NCBI GenBank assembly: GCA_020853455.1
Contig: JADYYV010000185.1
Span: 1 to 33,743, forward strand
Reading direction: 5' to 3'
Source: Alphaproteobacteria bacterium
Lineage (GTDB): Bacteria; Pseudomonadota; Alphaproteobacteria; Micavibrionales; UBA2020
DNA: 33,743 nt
The notes under the pieces were generated by a model. The model had not been told where the DNA came from, did not search any database, and saw only the letters and a program-made list of their open reading frames with translations. A program made the translations under genes and the position numbers. Position 1 is the stretch's first letter. Each line of letters begins with the position of its first letter. Below, one piece after another: positions 15,271 to 23,524 of the stretch.

Positions 15271-15949
15271 GCGAATACCCCACGCCGCGCACGGTTTGTA
15301 TCAGCTCGCTGGCGCCCAGCTTTTTGCGGATGCGCGCGACCTGGATGTCGATCGCGCGGTCGCCGACCTCGAAATCCCCCGCCCGCGCGCGGTCGAGCAG
15401 TTGTTCGCGGGACAAGACACGGTGCGGCGCATGTACCAACGCCTCCAGCAGACGGAATTCCATCGGCGTCAGGTCGCAGGATTTGCCGTCGTCACCGAAA
15501 ACCTGAAACCTTGCGGAATCAAGCGTATGCGCACCGAAGCGTGTGCGGCGCGGCGCATCATGAGTATTTGGCGCGGGCCTGCCGCGATAGCGGCGGATGC
15601 CGGCCTTGACGCGCGCCGACAGCTCTTTCATCTCGAACGGCTTGGCCAGATAGTCATCCGCGCCCATTTCCAGCCCCACGACCTTATCGACCCATGCAGC
15701 CTTGCCGCTGATGACGATCACGGGCGCGTCTGTCACCGCGCGGATGCGGGAAATCAGCGCAAGCCCGTCGGCATCCGGCAGCATGAGGTCGAGCAGGATA
15801 AGATCGGCACGCTTCACATGCAGTATCTTCATGGCTTCCGAAGCGCAGGACGCGTTGAACACGTCATACCCGTCGAGTTCCAGATTTTCGCGGATCGTTT
15901 CGCGCAAGGACTCATTGTCGTCGATGACCAAAACCGTCGGCTGGCTCAC
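15245..15949 (-). CDS. OmpR/PhoB-family DNA-binding response regulator
   Basis: Receiver domain VLVIDDNESL...DLILLDLMLPDADG...ADDYLAKPF, plus winged-helix LTPMEFRLLEALV...TVRGVGYSL. GTG start at 15949 overlaps the upstream stop (GTGA) and has GGAG 9 nt upstream. The 340-aa listed ORF is an over-extension. Confidence 0.85.
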   Translation of the reverse strand: MSQPTVLVIDDNESLRETIRENLELDGYDVFNASCASEAMKILHVKRADLILLDLMLPDADGLALISRIRAVTDAPVIVISGKAAWVDKVVGLEMGADDYLAKPFEMKELSARVKAGIRRYRGRPAPNTHDAPRRTRFGAHTLDSARFQVFGDDGKSCDLTPMEFRLLEALVHAPHRVLSREQLLDRARAGDFEVGDRAIDIQVARIRKKLGASELIQTVRGVGYSLNCDIEDL

Positions 15950-16326
15950 GCAAGAAAACTCCGCACGGTTTTTTCCAGCTGGTCGATATCCAGCGGCTTG
16001 GGCAGCACCGCGTCCGCGCCCAGTTTTTTCGCCAGTTGCAGGAAGTCGGCCGATTTGGTGCGCCCGCCGCCGGAAATGGCGATCAGGCGGATGGCGGGGT
16101 GGCGGCGGCGCAGTTCCATGATCACCTCCAGCCCTTCCTTGCGGGGCATGATGATGTCCGTGATTACCACCTGCGGCGCGCAGGTGCCCGCGTCGATCAT
16201 CGACAGCGCCTGCTGCCCGTCTGCGGCGACATCCACCTTGAATCCGCATTCGGCAAGATTTTCGCACAGCACGTCGCGGACCTGGTCTTCGTCATCCACG
16301 ATCAGGATGCTTGTTCTATGTGGCAT
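15946..16326 (-). CDS. Single-domain CheY-like response regulator
   Basis: 126 aa: ILIVDDEDQVRD...VVITDIIMPRKEG...AISGGG...ADAVLPKPL. It overlaps the kinase stop by 11 nt. Confidence 0.85.
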   Translation of the reverse strand: MPHRTSILIVDDEDQVRDVLCENLAECGFKVDVAADGQQALSMIDAGTCAPQVVITDIIMPRKEGLEVIMELRRRHPAIRLIAISGGGRTKSADFLQLAKKLGADAVLPKPLDIDQLEKTVRSFLA

Positions 16327-17506
16327 GGTTTACCTCCTTGTTTGTCAGCGGTTCGCGTGCCTGCGGCAGGTAGATGCGGAAGGTCGTGCCGCGCCCGGCC
16401 TCGCTATCGACCTCGATATGGCCGCCTGTCTGGCGGATAAAGCCATAAACCATCGCAAGCCCCAGCCCCGTGCCCTCTCCCGCAGGCTTGGTCGTGAAGA
16501 ACGGCTCGAAAATGCGTTCCCGCACATGTTCGGGCATGCCTGTGCCGGTATCGGCAATCGATATCAAGACATGACTGATGTCGTTGAAAACGACCGGCCG
16601 CGCCGATATCGTCAGCGTGCCGCCCTGCGGCATCGCGTCGCGCGCATTGACGGATACATTGATAACGGCGTTTTCCAGCAGAGTCGCATCGACATGCACG
16701 GGCCGCATTCCCTGCTCCGCCGTCAGCACAAGGTTGATCCCCTTGCCCAGCGTGCGTTCCAGCAACGTCACCGTATGGGCCAGCGCCGCGCCGATATCGA
16801 CGGTCGCGCTTTTCAATTCCTGCTGCCGCGAAAAAACCATCAGGTGCCGCACAAGATCCGCGCCGCGCTGTGCCGCGCTTTCGACCGCATCGACCTTGGG
16901 CGCGATCGCCATGCCCTGCGCCGGCGGTATTTCGGCAAGACGGCGGCGCATCATGCGCGTGTTGCCGAGGATGACGGTCAAAAGGTTATTGAAGTCATGC
17001 GCGATACCGCTGGTCAGCTGCCCGACGGCGTCCATTTTCTGCGCCTGCCGCAATTTGTCCTCCGCGCTGTGGCGGGCCCTTTTCAAGTCGAAAATCTCGC
17101 GCGCCTTCGACAGGGCGATCAGGACGGACGGGCCGGTGATATGGTCTTTGACGATATAATCATGCGCGCCCCAGCGCAGCGCCTCCGCCATTACTTCTTC
17201 GCCGCCCTGCCCCGTCAGCATCACGAAAGGCGCCGGCATCTGGTCGTTGGCGATGTCGTAAAAAACCTGCAACAGCGACGTGCCTTCCATATCGGGCAGG
17301 CGGTAGTCGACGAACACGCAATCAAAGCGCCGTTCGCGCAGCAGCGCGATGCCGGCGGCGCCGGTATCCGCCTCGTGCACGTCGGAATTCAATGCTGCCG
17401 ACAGCAAATGGCGGCGGATCGCCATGCGGTCCGTCGCGTCGTCGTCAATCACCAGCACCTGCAGCCTTTCCGCCACGCGCGGTCCCCCCAATGGTTCTTT
17501 CACCAT
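16316..17506 (-). CDS. Soluble histidine kinase with an N-terminal receiver domain (REC-HisKA-HATPase_c), no sensor or TM region
   Basis: REC domain [11 protein letters not shown]...[12 protein letters not shown]...HDYIVKD. H-box [12 protein letters not shown]-box [15 protein letters not shown]1 DTGTGM, G2 [11 protein letters not shown]. The start is uncertain: ATG at 17506, 17533, or the first codon of the ORF at 17578. None has a good SD. Confidence 0.85.
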   Translation of the reverse strand: MVKEPLGGPRVAERLQVLVIDDDATDRMAIRRHLLSAALNSDVHEADTGAAGIALLRERRFDCVFVDYRLPDMEGTSLLQVFYDIANDQMPAPFVMLTGQGGEEVMAEALRWGAHDYIVKDHITGPSVLIALSKAREIFDLKRARHSAEDKLRQAQKMDAVGQLTSGIAHDFNNLLTVILGNTRMMRRRLAEIPPAQGMAIAPKVDAVESAAQRGADLVRHLMVFSRQQELKSATVDIGAALAHTVTLLERTLGKGINLVLTAEQGMRPVHVDATLLENAVINVSVNARDAMPQGGTLTISARPVVFNDISHVLISIADTGTGMPEHVRERIFEPFFTTKPAGEGTGLGLAMVYGFIRQTGGHIEVDSEAGRGTTFRIYLPQAREPLTNKEVNHAT

Positions 17507-17640
17507 TTTTAGGGATAAACTTTTACAATTCATGAAGGGCTGGCGAGACAGCCGGTGTTTCAGGCGGCGCGCCCGCATACGCCGCGCTTCACGCCGGACG
17601 GAAAGAAAAGCGGGATGACGCCAGGCCGCATATGCAGGTA

Positions 17641-17657
17641 TGGCGCATTATTTTATT
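17641..17657. repeat. 17-nt motif TGGCGCATTATTTTATT, left copy, in the spacer upstream of the kinase operon
   Basis: Its reverse complement AATAAAATAATGCGCCA matches 18473-18489 (AATACAATAATGCGCCA) at 16 of 17 positions. Confidence 0.5.
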
Positions 17658-17669
17658 GTCGTGTTTTTT

Positions 17670-18446
17670 TTACACCGGCCTGCCCAGCATGTCTTCCATC
17701 GACAGGCTGCGGCGCGATACGCTCAGGTCGGACTGGTCGGCCAGCACCGCCGCGCCGGAGATATAGCTGAACCCCGCCGCGATCACGGCGCAGAGCGCCG
17801 CGCGCGTCGATACGCCGTCCGCCATCGCCGCGCAATTGATGCCGCCCACCTTGTCGGCGAAGCGGTTGATGAGCCCGATGATCGCGTTTTCGTCGAGGTC
17901 TTCCGTCGTGAAATTCACCACGCAGGCGTGAAGCGCTCCCCGCGCCGCGCCGTCCAAATTCGTGCCGCGGATATCGGAGGCCAGCGCGACCGCGCGGCAC
18001 AGCCCGCGCATGTCGTTTTGCAGCAGTTGCAGACGCTGTTTCGACGCGTAGGACGGGATGTTGTCCAGCTGCAGGACGATGAAGGACCGCTGCGCTTCCG
18101 GAATACGGCGCAGCAGGCTCAGGTAATGGCCGCGAAAGGGATAGGCGTTCAGGGTGTCATAGCTGACCGGCACCACCACGACCGATTTTTCGCCGCGTGC
18201 CTGCAGGTATTCCAGCGACTGCGCCGCCTTGACGAGCAGGCCAAGATCGTCGGAAGCCTCCTGGTCGGAGGTGGCGTTCTGTCTGCGGGTCGCGCGGACG
18301 ATATAGCCGCAAAGGTATTTCTTCTCGACATTCCAGATCGGGCGGAAACTGACGACGATATTTTTGCTGAGCGCCTCTAGCCCAGCATTGTCGAGCGTGA
18401 TGCGGACGGGTCTTTGCGCCTGTGTTGATGTTACCGTGTTCATCAT
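17670..18446 (-). CDS. Stand-alone degenerate EAL-like domain protein (catalytic residues mostly replaced)
   Basis: By-eye alignment to the EAL consensus: FRPIWNVEKKYLCGYIVRA (cf. YQPI....G.EALlR), VPVSYDTL (cf. vNls), IVLQLDNI (cf. lEiTE), VALASDIRGT (cf. alDDFGtG), CVVNFTTEDL (cf. lKiD), AAMADGVST..AAGFSYISGAAV (cf. vAEGVEt...G.d..QGy.f). ATG at 18446 has a GGAAGG/GGGG purine tract upstream. The first codon of the ORF at 18479 is TTG. Confidence 0.55.
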   Translation of the reverse strand: MMNTVTSTQAQRPVRITLDNAGLEALSKNIVVSFRPIWNVEKKYLCGYIVRATRRQNATSDQEASDDLGLLVKAAQSLEYLQARGEKSVVVVPVSYDTLNAYPFRGHYLSLLRRIPEAQRSFIVLQLDNIPSYASKQRLQLLQNDMRGLCRAVALASDIRGTNLDGAARGALHACVVNFTTEDLDENAIIGLINRFADKVGGINCAAMADGVSTRAALCAVIAAGFSYISGAAVLADQSDLSVSRRSLSMEDMLGRPV

Positions 18447-18472
18447 GTCCTGCCCCGCCTTCCGTGTTGCAT

Positions 18473-18489
18473 AATACAATAATGCGCCA
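18473..18489. repeat. 17-nt motif AATACAATAATGCGCCA, right (inverted) copy, in the spacer upstream of the EAL-like gene
   Basis: See 17641-17657. The two copies bracket the EAL-like CDS, and each lies in a promoter-bearing spacer. Confidence 0.5.
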
Positions 18490-18575
18490 GGCGTATTGCT
18501 GCAGGTTTTCGCGATTGTTTCTGCCGTGTTTCAGAAAGAAATGCGGATATTTTGCAGTATCTTCAGGGGCTTGAT

Positions 18576-19094
18576 TCAGGCGGGCTTGCTGTCGCCGGCG
18601 AAGAAATTGACGACAACGCCGATTCCGCGGGCTTGCTGCAGGTCGTCATAATAGAAATGCATATGCACCTGTTCGGTGTTTTTCAGCAGCGGATTCTCGT
18701 CGGGTCGCGGGATAAAGGGGAAGCCCATTTCGGTCTCGAACCCTTTTTCGTTCAGGTACGCCTTAACCTTGCTGCAAACGATATTGGCGATTTCGCAGGC
18801 GATGTCGTTCTGCACGGGATTGTTGGCGAGGTACTCCTTGGTGAAAATCAGCTCCGCCGCCTGCAGCAGCAGACCGATATCGAAGCGAAAGCAGAATTCC
18901 ACATCGACATTCGCCTGATGCAGCTTGATCGAGGCATAGACGCTGCCCTTTTCGGAATGGATTTTCTGCGCAAGGTCGCCCGCCGTGATTGACTGTCCGA
19001 ACATGCTGTTGAACGTCTCGACGACGCCGTCGCTGACGACCTTTGAAATCTCTGCGCGCTCGGCGTCGATATCCTGAGGTGAAATGGGTTTCAT
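18576..19094 (-). CDS. CheX/CheC-like CheY-P phosphatase family protein
   Basis: N-terminal VVETFNSMFGQSI is typical of CheX. NDIACEIANIVCSKVKAYLNEKGFETEMGFP fits the D/S-x3-E-x2-N-x(~22)-P active-site signature. It starts 9 nt after the CheY stop. Confidence 0.65.
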   Translation of the reverse strand: MKPISPQDIDAERAEISKVVSDGVVETFNSMFGQSITAGDLAQKIHSEKGSVYASIKLHQANVDVEFCFRFDIGLLLQAAELIFTKEYLANNPVQNDIACEIANIVCSKVKAYLNEKGFETEMGFPFIPRPDENPLLKNTEQVHMHFYYDDLQQARGIGVVVNFFAGDSKPA

Positions 19095-19103
19095 GTTTCG
19101 CGA

Positions 19104-19523
19104 TCAGCCCGTCTTTGACGCGCGGTTGCTTTCGATCCATGCCAGCACGCGTTCGATCTTTTCCTTGAACGTCGCGGGCGCGATCGGCTTGGTGATATAC
19201 ATGGTGGCGCCCGCCTTCAAGGCTTCGCGCGTATAGCGTTCCTGGCTTTCGGCAGTGACCATCACAAAGGCGATATGGTCGTATTGCCTGTCTTCGCGGT
19301 ATTCCTGCATCAGCGTGTAACCGCTTTTGCCGGGCATGTTCCAGTCGAGAAAAACGATATCATAGGCGGCGACGGATATCTTTTCCTGCGCCTCGTTGCT
19401 GTTGTTGGCGGAATCGATATTCTTGAAGCCCATATTGACCAGCTGCATCTCGATAAGCTTGCGGACGACGACGTTGTCATCGACAAGCAGGACGCGCAGA
19501 TCGGGAATATTCACGGCAGTCAT
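19104..19523 (-). CDS. Single-domain CheY-like response regulator
   Basis: LRVLLVDDNVVVRK...DIVFLDWNMPGKSG...VMVTAES...ATMYITKPI. ATG at 19523 has GAGG 7 nt upstream. The ORF is open to 19556. Confidence 0.85.
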   Translation of the reverse strand: MTAVNIPDLRVLLVDDNVVVRKLIEMQLVNMGFKNIDSANNSNEAQEKISVAAYDIVFLDWNMPGKSGYTLMQEYREDRQYDHIAFVMVTAESQERYTREALKAGATMYITKPIAPATFKEKIERVLAWIESNRASKTG

Positions 19524-19594
19524 ACCATTACCTCTTCCGTCCAATATATAAGGCAAATGATAACAAATAGTTAACCTTTGCCGCTTTGCGGAAA

Positions 19595-21163
19595 TCAGAC
19601 CGCTTTTAAACGCTGCGACTGCGCCCTGCGTATGACAAAACGCAGCAAAAACGCAGCCCCGATAACCTGCAGGGCGACAGGCGCAAGGCTGTCACCGAAT
19701 TCCTTCAACGGCAGGGGGTAATAGGCTGCCAGAGACCTGACGACAGGGGGCGCCTCCACATCCACGTTCTGGCCATACATATAGCGCTGCACCCAGCCCG
19801 TCAGGCGCAGGTCCAGCTTGTTGGGCATCAGGGCGAAATGCAGGGTGGGCAGCATGGTATAGACCAGCACGTAATAAAACAGCACCTTGAACCCCGCATG
19901 GCGGGTGCCCTTGCCGCCGATCAGCGCGTGGATCATCAGGCCGTCGCGGATGACGAACAGCATCGCCGCGAGCATGAACGCCGCCAGCGCGTCAAAGCTC
20001 ATGAACCGGCCCGTCGCCGGCACGTTACCAAGCGTGATGACATAGCAGAACAGGATAAAGGGGATGGTGACCACCCATTTATGCGTATCCTCGAACGCGC
20101 GCCGGAAATTGCCTTCGCGCAGGCTGTTGAAAAAACGGGCATATTTGCGGCCGTCCGACGCCTCGAACAGCATCACCGCATAGGCCAGCACCAGCGCCAC
20201 CACAAACAGCGCCATCAGGTGCGTGTAGTAAAACGCATTGCCGGGGCTGGCAAAGCCGCGCAGATACATCAGCAGGGACGCGACAAAGGCGATCCATGCC
20301 ACCGGATAAGTGCGGTGCATCAGTTCCGACCGTGCGATGCGGTAACTGCCCAGCAGCGCCCAGCCCAGGAAAAACAGCATCGTCCATGTCACGAATTCGG
20401 GGCTGGCGTATTTCGTTTCGTACCACGTCACCGTGCGGGTGGCCGCAAAAGGGGAGCTATAGCTGGCCAGTTTCGGCGCCACTTCCTGCCCGAGCGTAAA
20501 GACCGTCCACGCCACGACCATGCCCAAAAGGAACGACCCGCTGCCCCGCGGGATGCGCTTTTTGCCCATTTTTCCGGCAAAGCTGGTCATGTCGATAAAG
20601 CTGACCAGAAAAGCGACCGCCTGCCCCGCCAGACCCGCCATGATCATGTAGAAAATCACATAGCCGTCATTCGCATCCGCCCAGTTGTCGCCGCGCGGGT
20701 TGAGCGCGCTGCTGTAATTGCCCGCGCCTGTCACTTGGGTATAGGCGTAGTAAAAGGGGATCAGCGTCAAAAGCCCGACATACCAGGCATAGGACGTTGC
20801 GCCCGCAAGCTTGCCGGCGGCCAGCTGGAACGGCGAGATCGACGACATGCGCTGGAAATCCCAGGTGTTGCTGCGCACTTCTTCCTGCAGCGCGACCGCC
20901 GCCTCGTACGTGCCCCAGACGCAGACGACGATGAAATAAAACCATTTCGCGCCCGACAGCAGCAGCTGCATGGCATAGTCTTTTTCGAACAGCATGGCCG
21001 CGACGGTTTTTTCAATGCCGCCCTTCGTCTCGCTGCCGTCGGGCAGCAGGTTCAGGCAGATCATCGAGCAGATGACAAGGAACACCGGCGCCGCGACCAG
21101 ACGGAACGGCGATATCTTGAGCCAGAGATTGCGGTGGAATTCAGGGGTAAAAACGTAATTCAT
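19595..21163 (-). CDS. ABC-2-type exporter permease, double-size (~12 predicted TM), paralogue B
   Basis: 522 aa and highly hydrophobic. The block EEVRSNTWDFQRMSSISPFQLAAGKL resembles the ExE.GT.E.L...P.S....GK signature of ABC-2 permeases. ATGA overlap with the upstream paralogue (21160-21163). Confidence 0.7.
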   Translation of the reverse strand: MNYVFTPEFHRNLWLKISPFRLVAAPVFLVICSMICLNLLPDGSETKGGIEKTVAAMLFEKDYAMQLLLSGAKWFYFIVVCVWGTYEAAVALQEEVRSNTWDFQRMSSISPFQLAAGKLAGATSYAWYVGLLTLIPFYYAYTQVTGAGNYSSALNPRGDNWADANDGYVIFYMIMAGLAGQAVAFLVSFIDMTSFAGKMGKKRIPRGSGSFLLGMVVAWTVFTLGQEVAPKLASYSSPFAATRTVTWYETKYASPEFVTWTMLFFLGWALLGSYRIARSELMHRTYPVAWIAFVASLLMYLRGFASPGNAFYYTHLMALFVVALVLAYAVMLFEASDGRKYARFFNSLREGNFRRAFEDTHKWVVTIPFILFCYVITLGNVPATGRFMSFDALAAFMLAAMLFVIRDGLMIHALIGGKGTRHAGFKVLFYYVLVYTMLPTLHFALMPNKLDLRLTGWVQRYMYGQNVDVEAPPVVRSLAAYYPLPLKEFGDSLAPVALQVIGAAFLLRFVIRRAQSQRLKAV

Positions 21164-22590
21164 GATACGGCGTTCCTGTTGGTGGCATCGGTTTTAAGCG
21201 CAAAGCGAAGAAAAACAAAACAGGCGAGCACCGCCTGCAGCAGCGGCATGGACAGCGTCGCCATCCATTCATCGGCGCGGTGCGGATAGAAAATTTCCTG
21301 CACCTGCGGCAGCTCCAGATAGCTGAACATCGACCTGCGCAGTTGCAGCGTCGTGCCGGATGCCGCGAGGAAAATGACCGGCAAAACGGCATAGGCCATC
21401 ACGAAATAAAGCGGCACGGCGAAGGCGGCGCGCTTGCGCTGCGTATTATGCAGCGTATGGACGGCAAAACCGTCACGCACCGCGAACAGCAGCGCGGCCA
21501 CGGCGGCAGGGCCGAATCGCGCGCTGGCGAACTGCTGCGACATCAGGCACAGGCCGACCAGCAGGCCCGCCGTTAATACGACGTAAGGCAGCGTCGTGAT
21601 CCAGAGCGGCGTGTTTTCGAACGCCCTGCCCCATGCGCGCGCCCGCAGGCTTGCGCCCAGGCGTTCGTATTTGCGCCGGTCGGACGATTCCGACAGCAGC
21701 GTCGCATAGCCCAGCGTGAAGCAGACGGAAAATGCGCACAGCGCGGGCGGGATCAGGTTGACGGGCTTGAATTCGCCCAGCAGGTAGGCTGGGCTGCGCG
21801 CAAAGATGCCGGAAATGGCGATTGTCACGGACGGCACAAAAACCATCCAGACCCAGGGCCACATCCGATACATCAATTCGGCGCGCACCATGCGATAGCA
21901 TCCCACCGCCGCCCAGAAAATAAAAAAAGTCAGCCCGCAGGCCGTGGATTCCAGGCCGTCGAAATATTCGTTGTACCATTTCAGGTACGAATACGGGATG
22001 CCGGTCTGCAGCGCGTTCATCGCATAGGCGCGCGTCATGTAAAACGCGACGATGATGCCCGCGATGCAGGGAAAGATGCCCGCGCCGCCGCCCTTGACCG
22101 CGCCGTGCCGCGCGCGCGCCGCAAAGGATGACATGCTGAACAGGAACGCGACCAGATGCCCCGCGATACCCGCCGCCAGCATGTAGAACATCGCATAAAT
22201 TTCCGGCCGCAGCGGCACATCAAATGTTGTGCGATAGACCGCCATGCACATCAGGCCGACATACCAGACATAGGCCGTGGAACCGAACACCTTGCCAAAA
22301 ACAAGCTGCAGCGGCGAAATGGCGGATACCTTCTGGTAATCCCAGGTGCGCGAACGAATTTCTTCGTCCATCGCCGTGGATGCCTCGTAACTGCCCCAGA
22401 CCATGACAACCAGTACGAACAGGTAAAAGATGCCGATCTTGAGCGCGTCGTTCATGCGCAGGCCGATGCCCAGATCGCCGCCCGCGATCCCCCACATGAC
22501 CAGCAGCAGCAGCGGCGCCGCCACCATTTTAAACGGCGGGCATTTCGTCCATATCTGCCGGTGGAATTCGGGCGTGACGAAATACGTCAT
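21160..22590 (-). CDS. ABC-2-type exporter permease, double-size, paralogue A
   Basis: 476 aa from ATG 22590 (MTYFVTPEFHR...), which lies 4 nt after the ATPase stop. It shares blocks with paralogue B: TPEFHR, VWG[ST]YEA, EE[VI]RS.TWD[FY]Q, SISP[FL]QL, YR..R.ELM.R, RKY, RAFE[DN]T, RDG. Confidence 0.7.
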   Translation of the reverse strand: MTYFVTPEFHRQIWTKCPPFKMVAAPLLLLVMWGIAGGDLGIGLRMNDALKIGIFYLFVLVVMVWGSYEASTAMDEEIRSRTWDYQKVSAISPLQLVFGKVFGSTAYVWYVGLMCMAVYRTTFDVPLRPEIYAMFYMLAAGIAGHLVAFLFSMSSFAARARHGAVKGGGAGIFPCIAGIIVAFYMTRAYAMNALQTGIPYSYLKWYNEYFDGLESTACGLTFFIFWAAVGCYRMVRAELMYRMWPWVWMVFVPSVTIAISGIFARSPAYLLGEFKPVNLIPPALCAFSVCFTLGYATLLSESSDRRKYERLGASLRARAWGRAFENTPLWITTLPYVVLTAGLLVGLCLMSQQFASARFGPAAVAALLFAVRDGFAVHTLHNTQRKRAAFAVPLYFVMAYAVLPVIFLAASGTTLQLRRSMFSYLELPQVQEIFYPHRADEWMATLSMPLLQAVLACFVFLRFALKTDATNRNAVS

Positions 22591-22594
22591 CTGG

Positions 22595-23524
22595 CTATTT
22601 CCTGCCGCTGGTAACGTCCATATAGGCATCCTGCAGCGTGTGCTGCGTGGTGGTGAAACTGAACACCGGCACGTTATCGGTCATCAGCTTGCGCAGCAGG
22701 CCCTGCTGTTCTTCTTCGGTGCCGCTGAATTCGGCGACGACGACGTTGTTTTCCGTGCCGGTCACCTTCAGGTTGGGCACGCGCTGCAGCATGTCCATAT
22801 GCGACACGCCCAGATTGGCGATGCCGATGCGCAGCACGCGCACGGTTTTCGCCGCGTATTCCTGCAACTGCACCTGCTGTGCGACGCGCCCGTCCTTGAT
22901 GACAAGCATGTCGGTGCAGTAATCCTCCAGCTCGGTCAGAATATGCGACGACACGATGATGGTTTTTCCCTGCGCGCGCAGACCGCGGATCATCTGCGAC
23001 AGCGCGATCCGCGCATCCGGATCCATGCCCGATGCCGGTTCATCGAGGATCAGCAATTGCGGATTGTGGATAAGCGCAAGGCCGATGCCGAGGCGCTGGC
23101 GATAGCCGCGCGACAAGGTGCCGGCTTTTTCCTCCAGCCTTGCGGTGATACCCACCTGCTCCGCCACTTCGGCGACGCGCTTGGGCACTTCCGACGCCGG
23201 GACTTTCTGGCACCATGCCATGTAGGTCAGGCATTGACGCAGGCTGAGCCCGTCGTAAAGCCCGAAGAAATCCGACAGGTATCCGGTCATGTGGTGCACG
23301 TCGCGCGGGAAATCCGCCGCGTCCTTGCCGCCGATCGTGACCTTGCCGCTATGCGCGCGGTCCAGCGCCGCGATGCAGCGCAAAAGCGTCGTCTTGCCCG
23401 CCCCGTTCGGCCCCACCAGCGCGGTCACGCTGCCTTCGTTGATGGTAAATGAAATGTCGTGCAGCACACGCTTGTCCGGGTAATCGAAATTCAGTTTTTC
23501 GACTTCGATCATGGCGATTGTCAT
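22595..23524 (-). CDS. ABC transporter ATP-binding protein (ABC-2/DrrA-like exporter type)
   Basis: Walker A GPNGAGKTT, signature LSRGYRQRL, Walker B LLILDEPASGMD, H-loop SSHIL. I chose ATG at 23524 (MTIAMIEVEKL) because AAGGG lies 8 nt upstream. The GTG at 23533 is also possible. Confidence 0.9.
   Translation of the reverse strand: MTIAMIEVEKLNFDYPDKRVLHDISFTINEGSVTALVGPNGAGKTTLLRCIAALDRAHSGKVTIGGKDAADFPRDVHHMTGYLSDFFGLYDGLSLRQCLTYMAWCQKVPASEVPKRVAEVAEQVGITARLEEKAGTLSRGYRQRLGIGLALIHNPQLLILDEPASGMDPDARIALSQMIRGLRAQGKTIIVSSHILTELEDYCTDMLVIKDGRVAQQVQLQEYAAKTVRVLRIGIANLGVSHMDMLQRVPNLKVTGTENNVVVAEFSGTEEEQQGLLRKLMTDNVPVFSFTTTQHTLQDAYMDVTSGRK

Noticed and set aside
15950-16267. N-terminal 105-aa extension of the listed 340-aa ORF 15245..16267
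   Set aside because: The extension is Arg/Gly/Ala/Pro-rich, overlaps the CheY-like gene in another frame and precedes the receiver domain. A GTG at 15949 with GGAG upstream and a GTGA stop-start overlap gives a normal 234-aa OmpR-type protein. Similar over-extensions were trimmed for 7648..8292 and 10071..10964.
15179-17512. 777-aa ORF on the plus strand spanning the whole two-component operon
   Set aside because: It runs antisense to three genes that have unmistakable receiver, kinase and winged-helix motifs. Its translation is Arg/Ala/His-rich low-complexity sequence with no motif. Long stop-free antisense frames are expected in GC-rich DNA.
17664-17671. T8 run at the stop codon of the EAL-like gene as a terminator or slippery site
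   Set aside because: On the coding (minus) strand it is an A-run just after the stop, with no preceding GC-rich stem. It overlaps only the stop codon, not coding sequence, so it cannot cause a frameshift.
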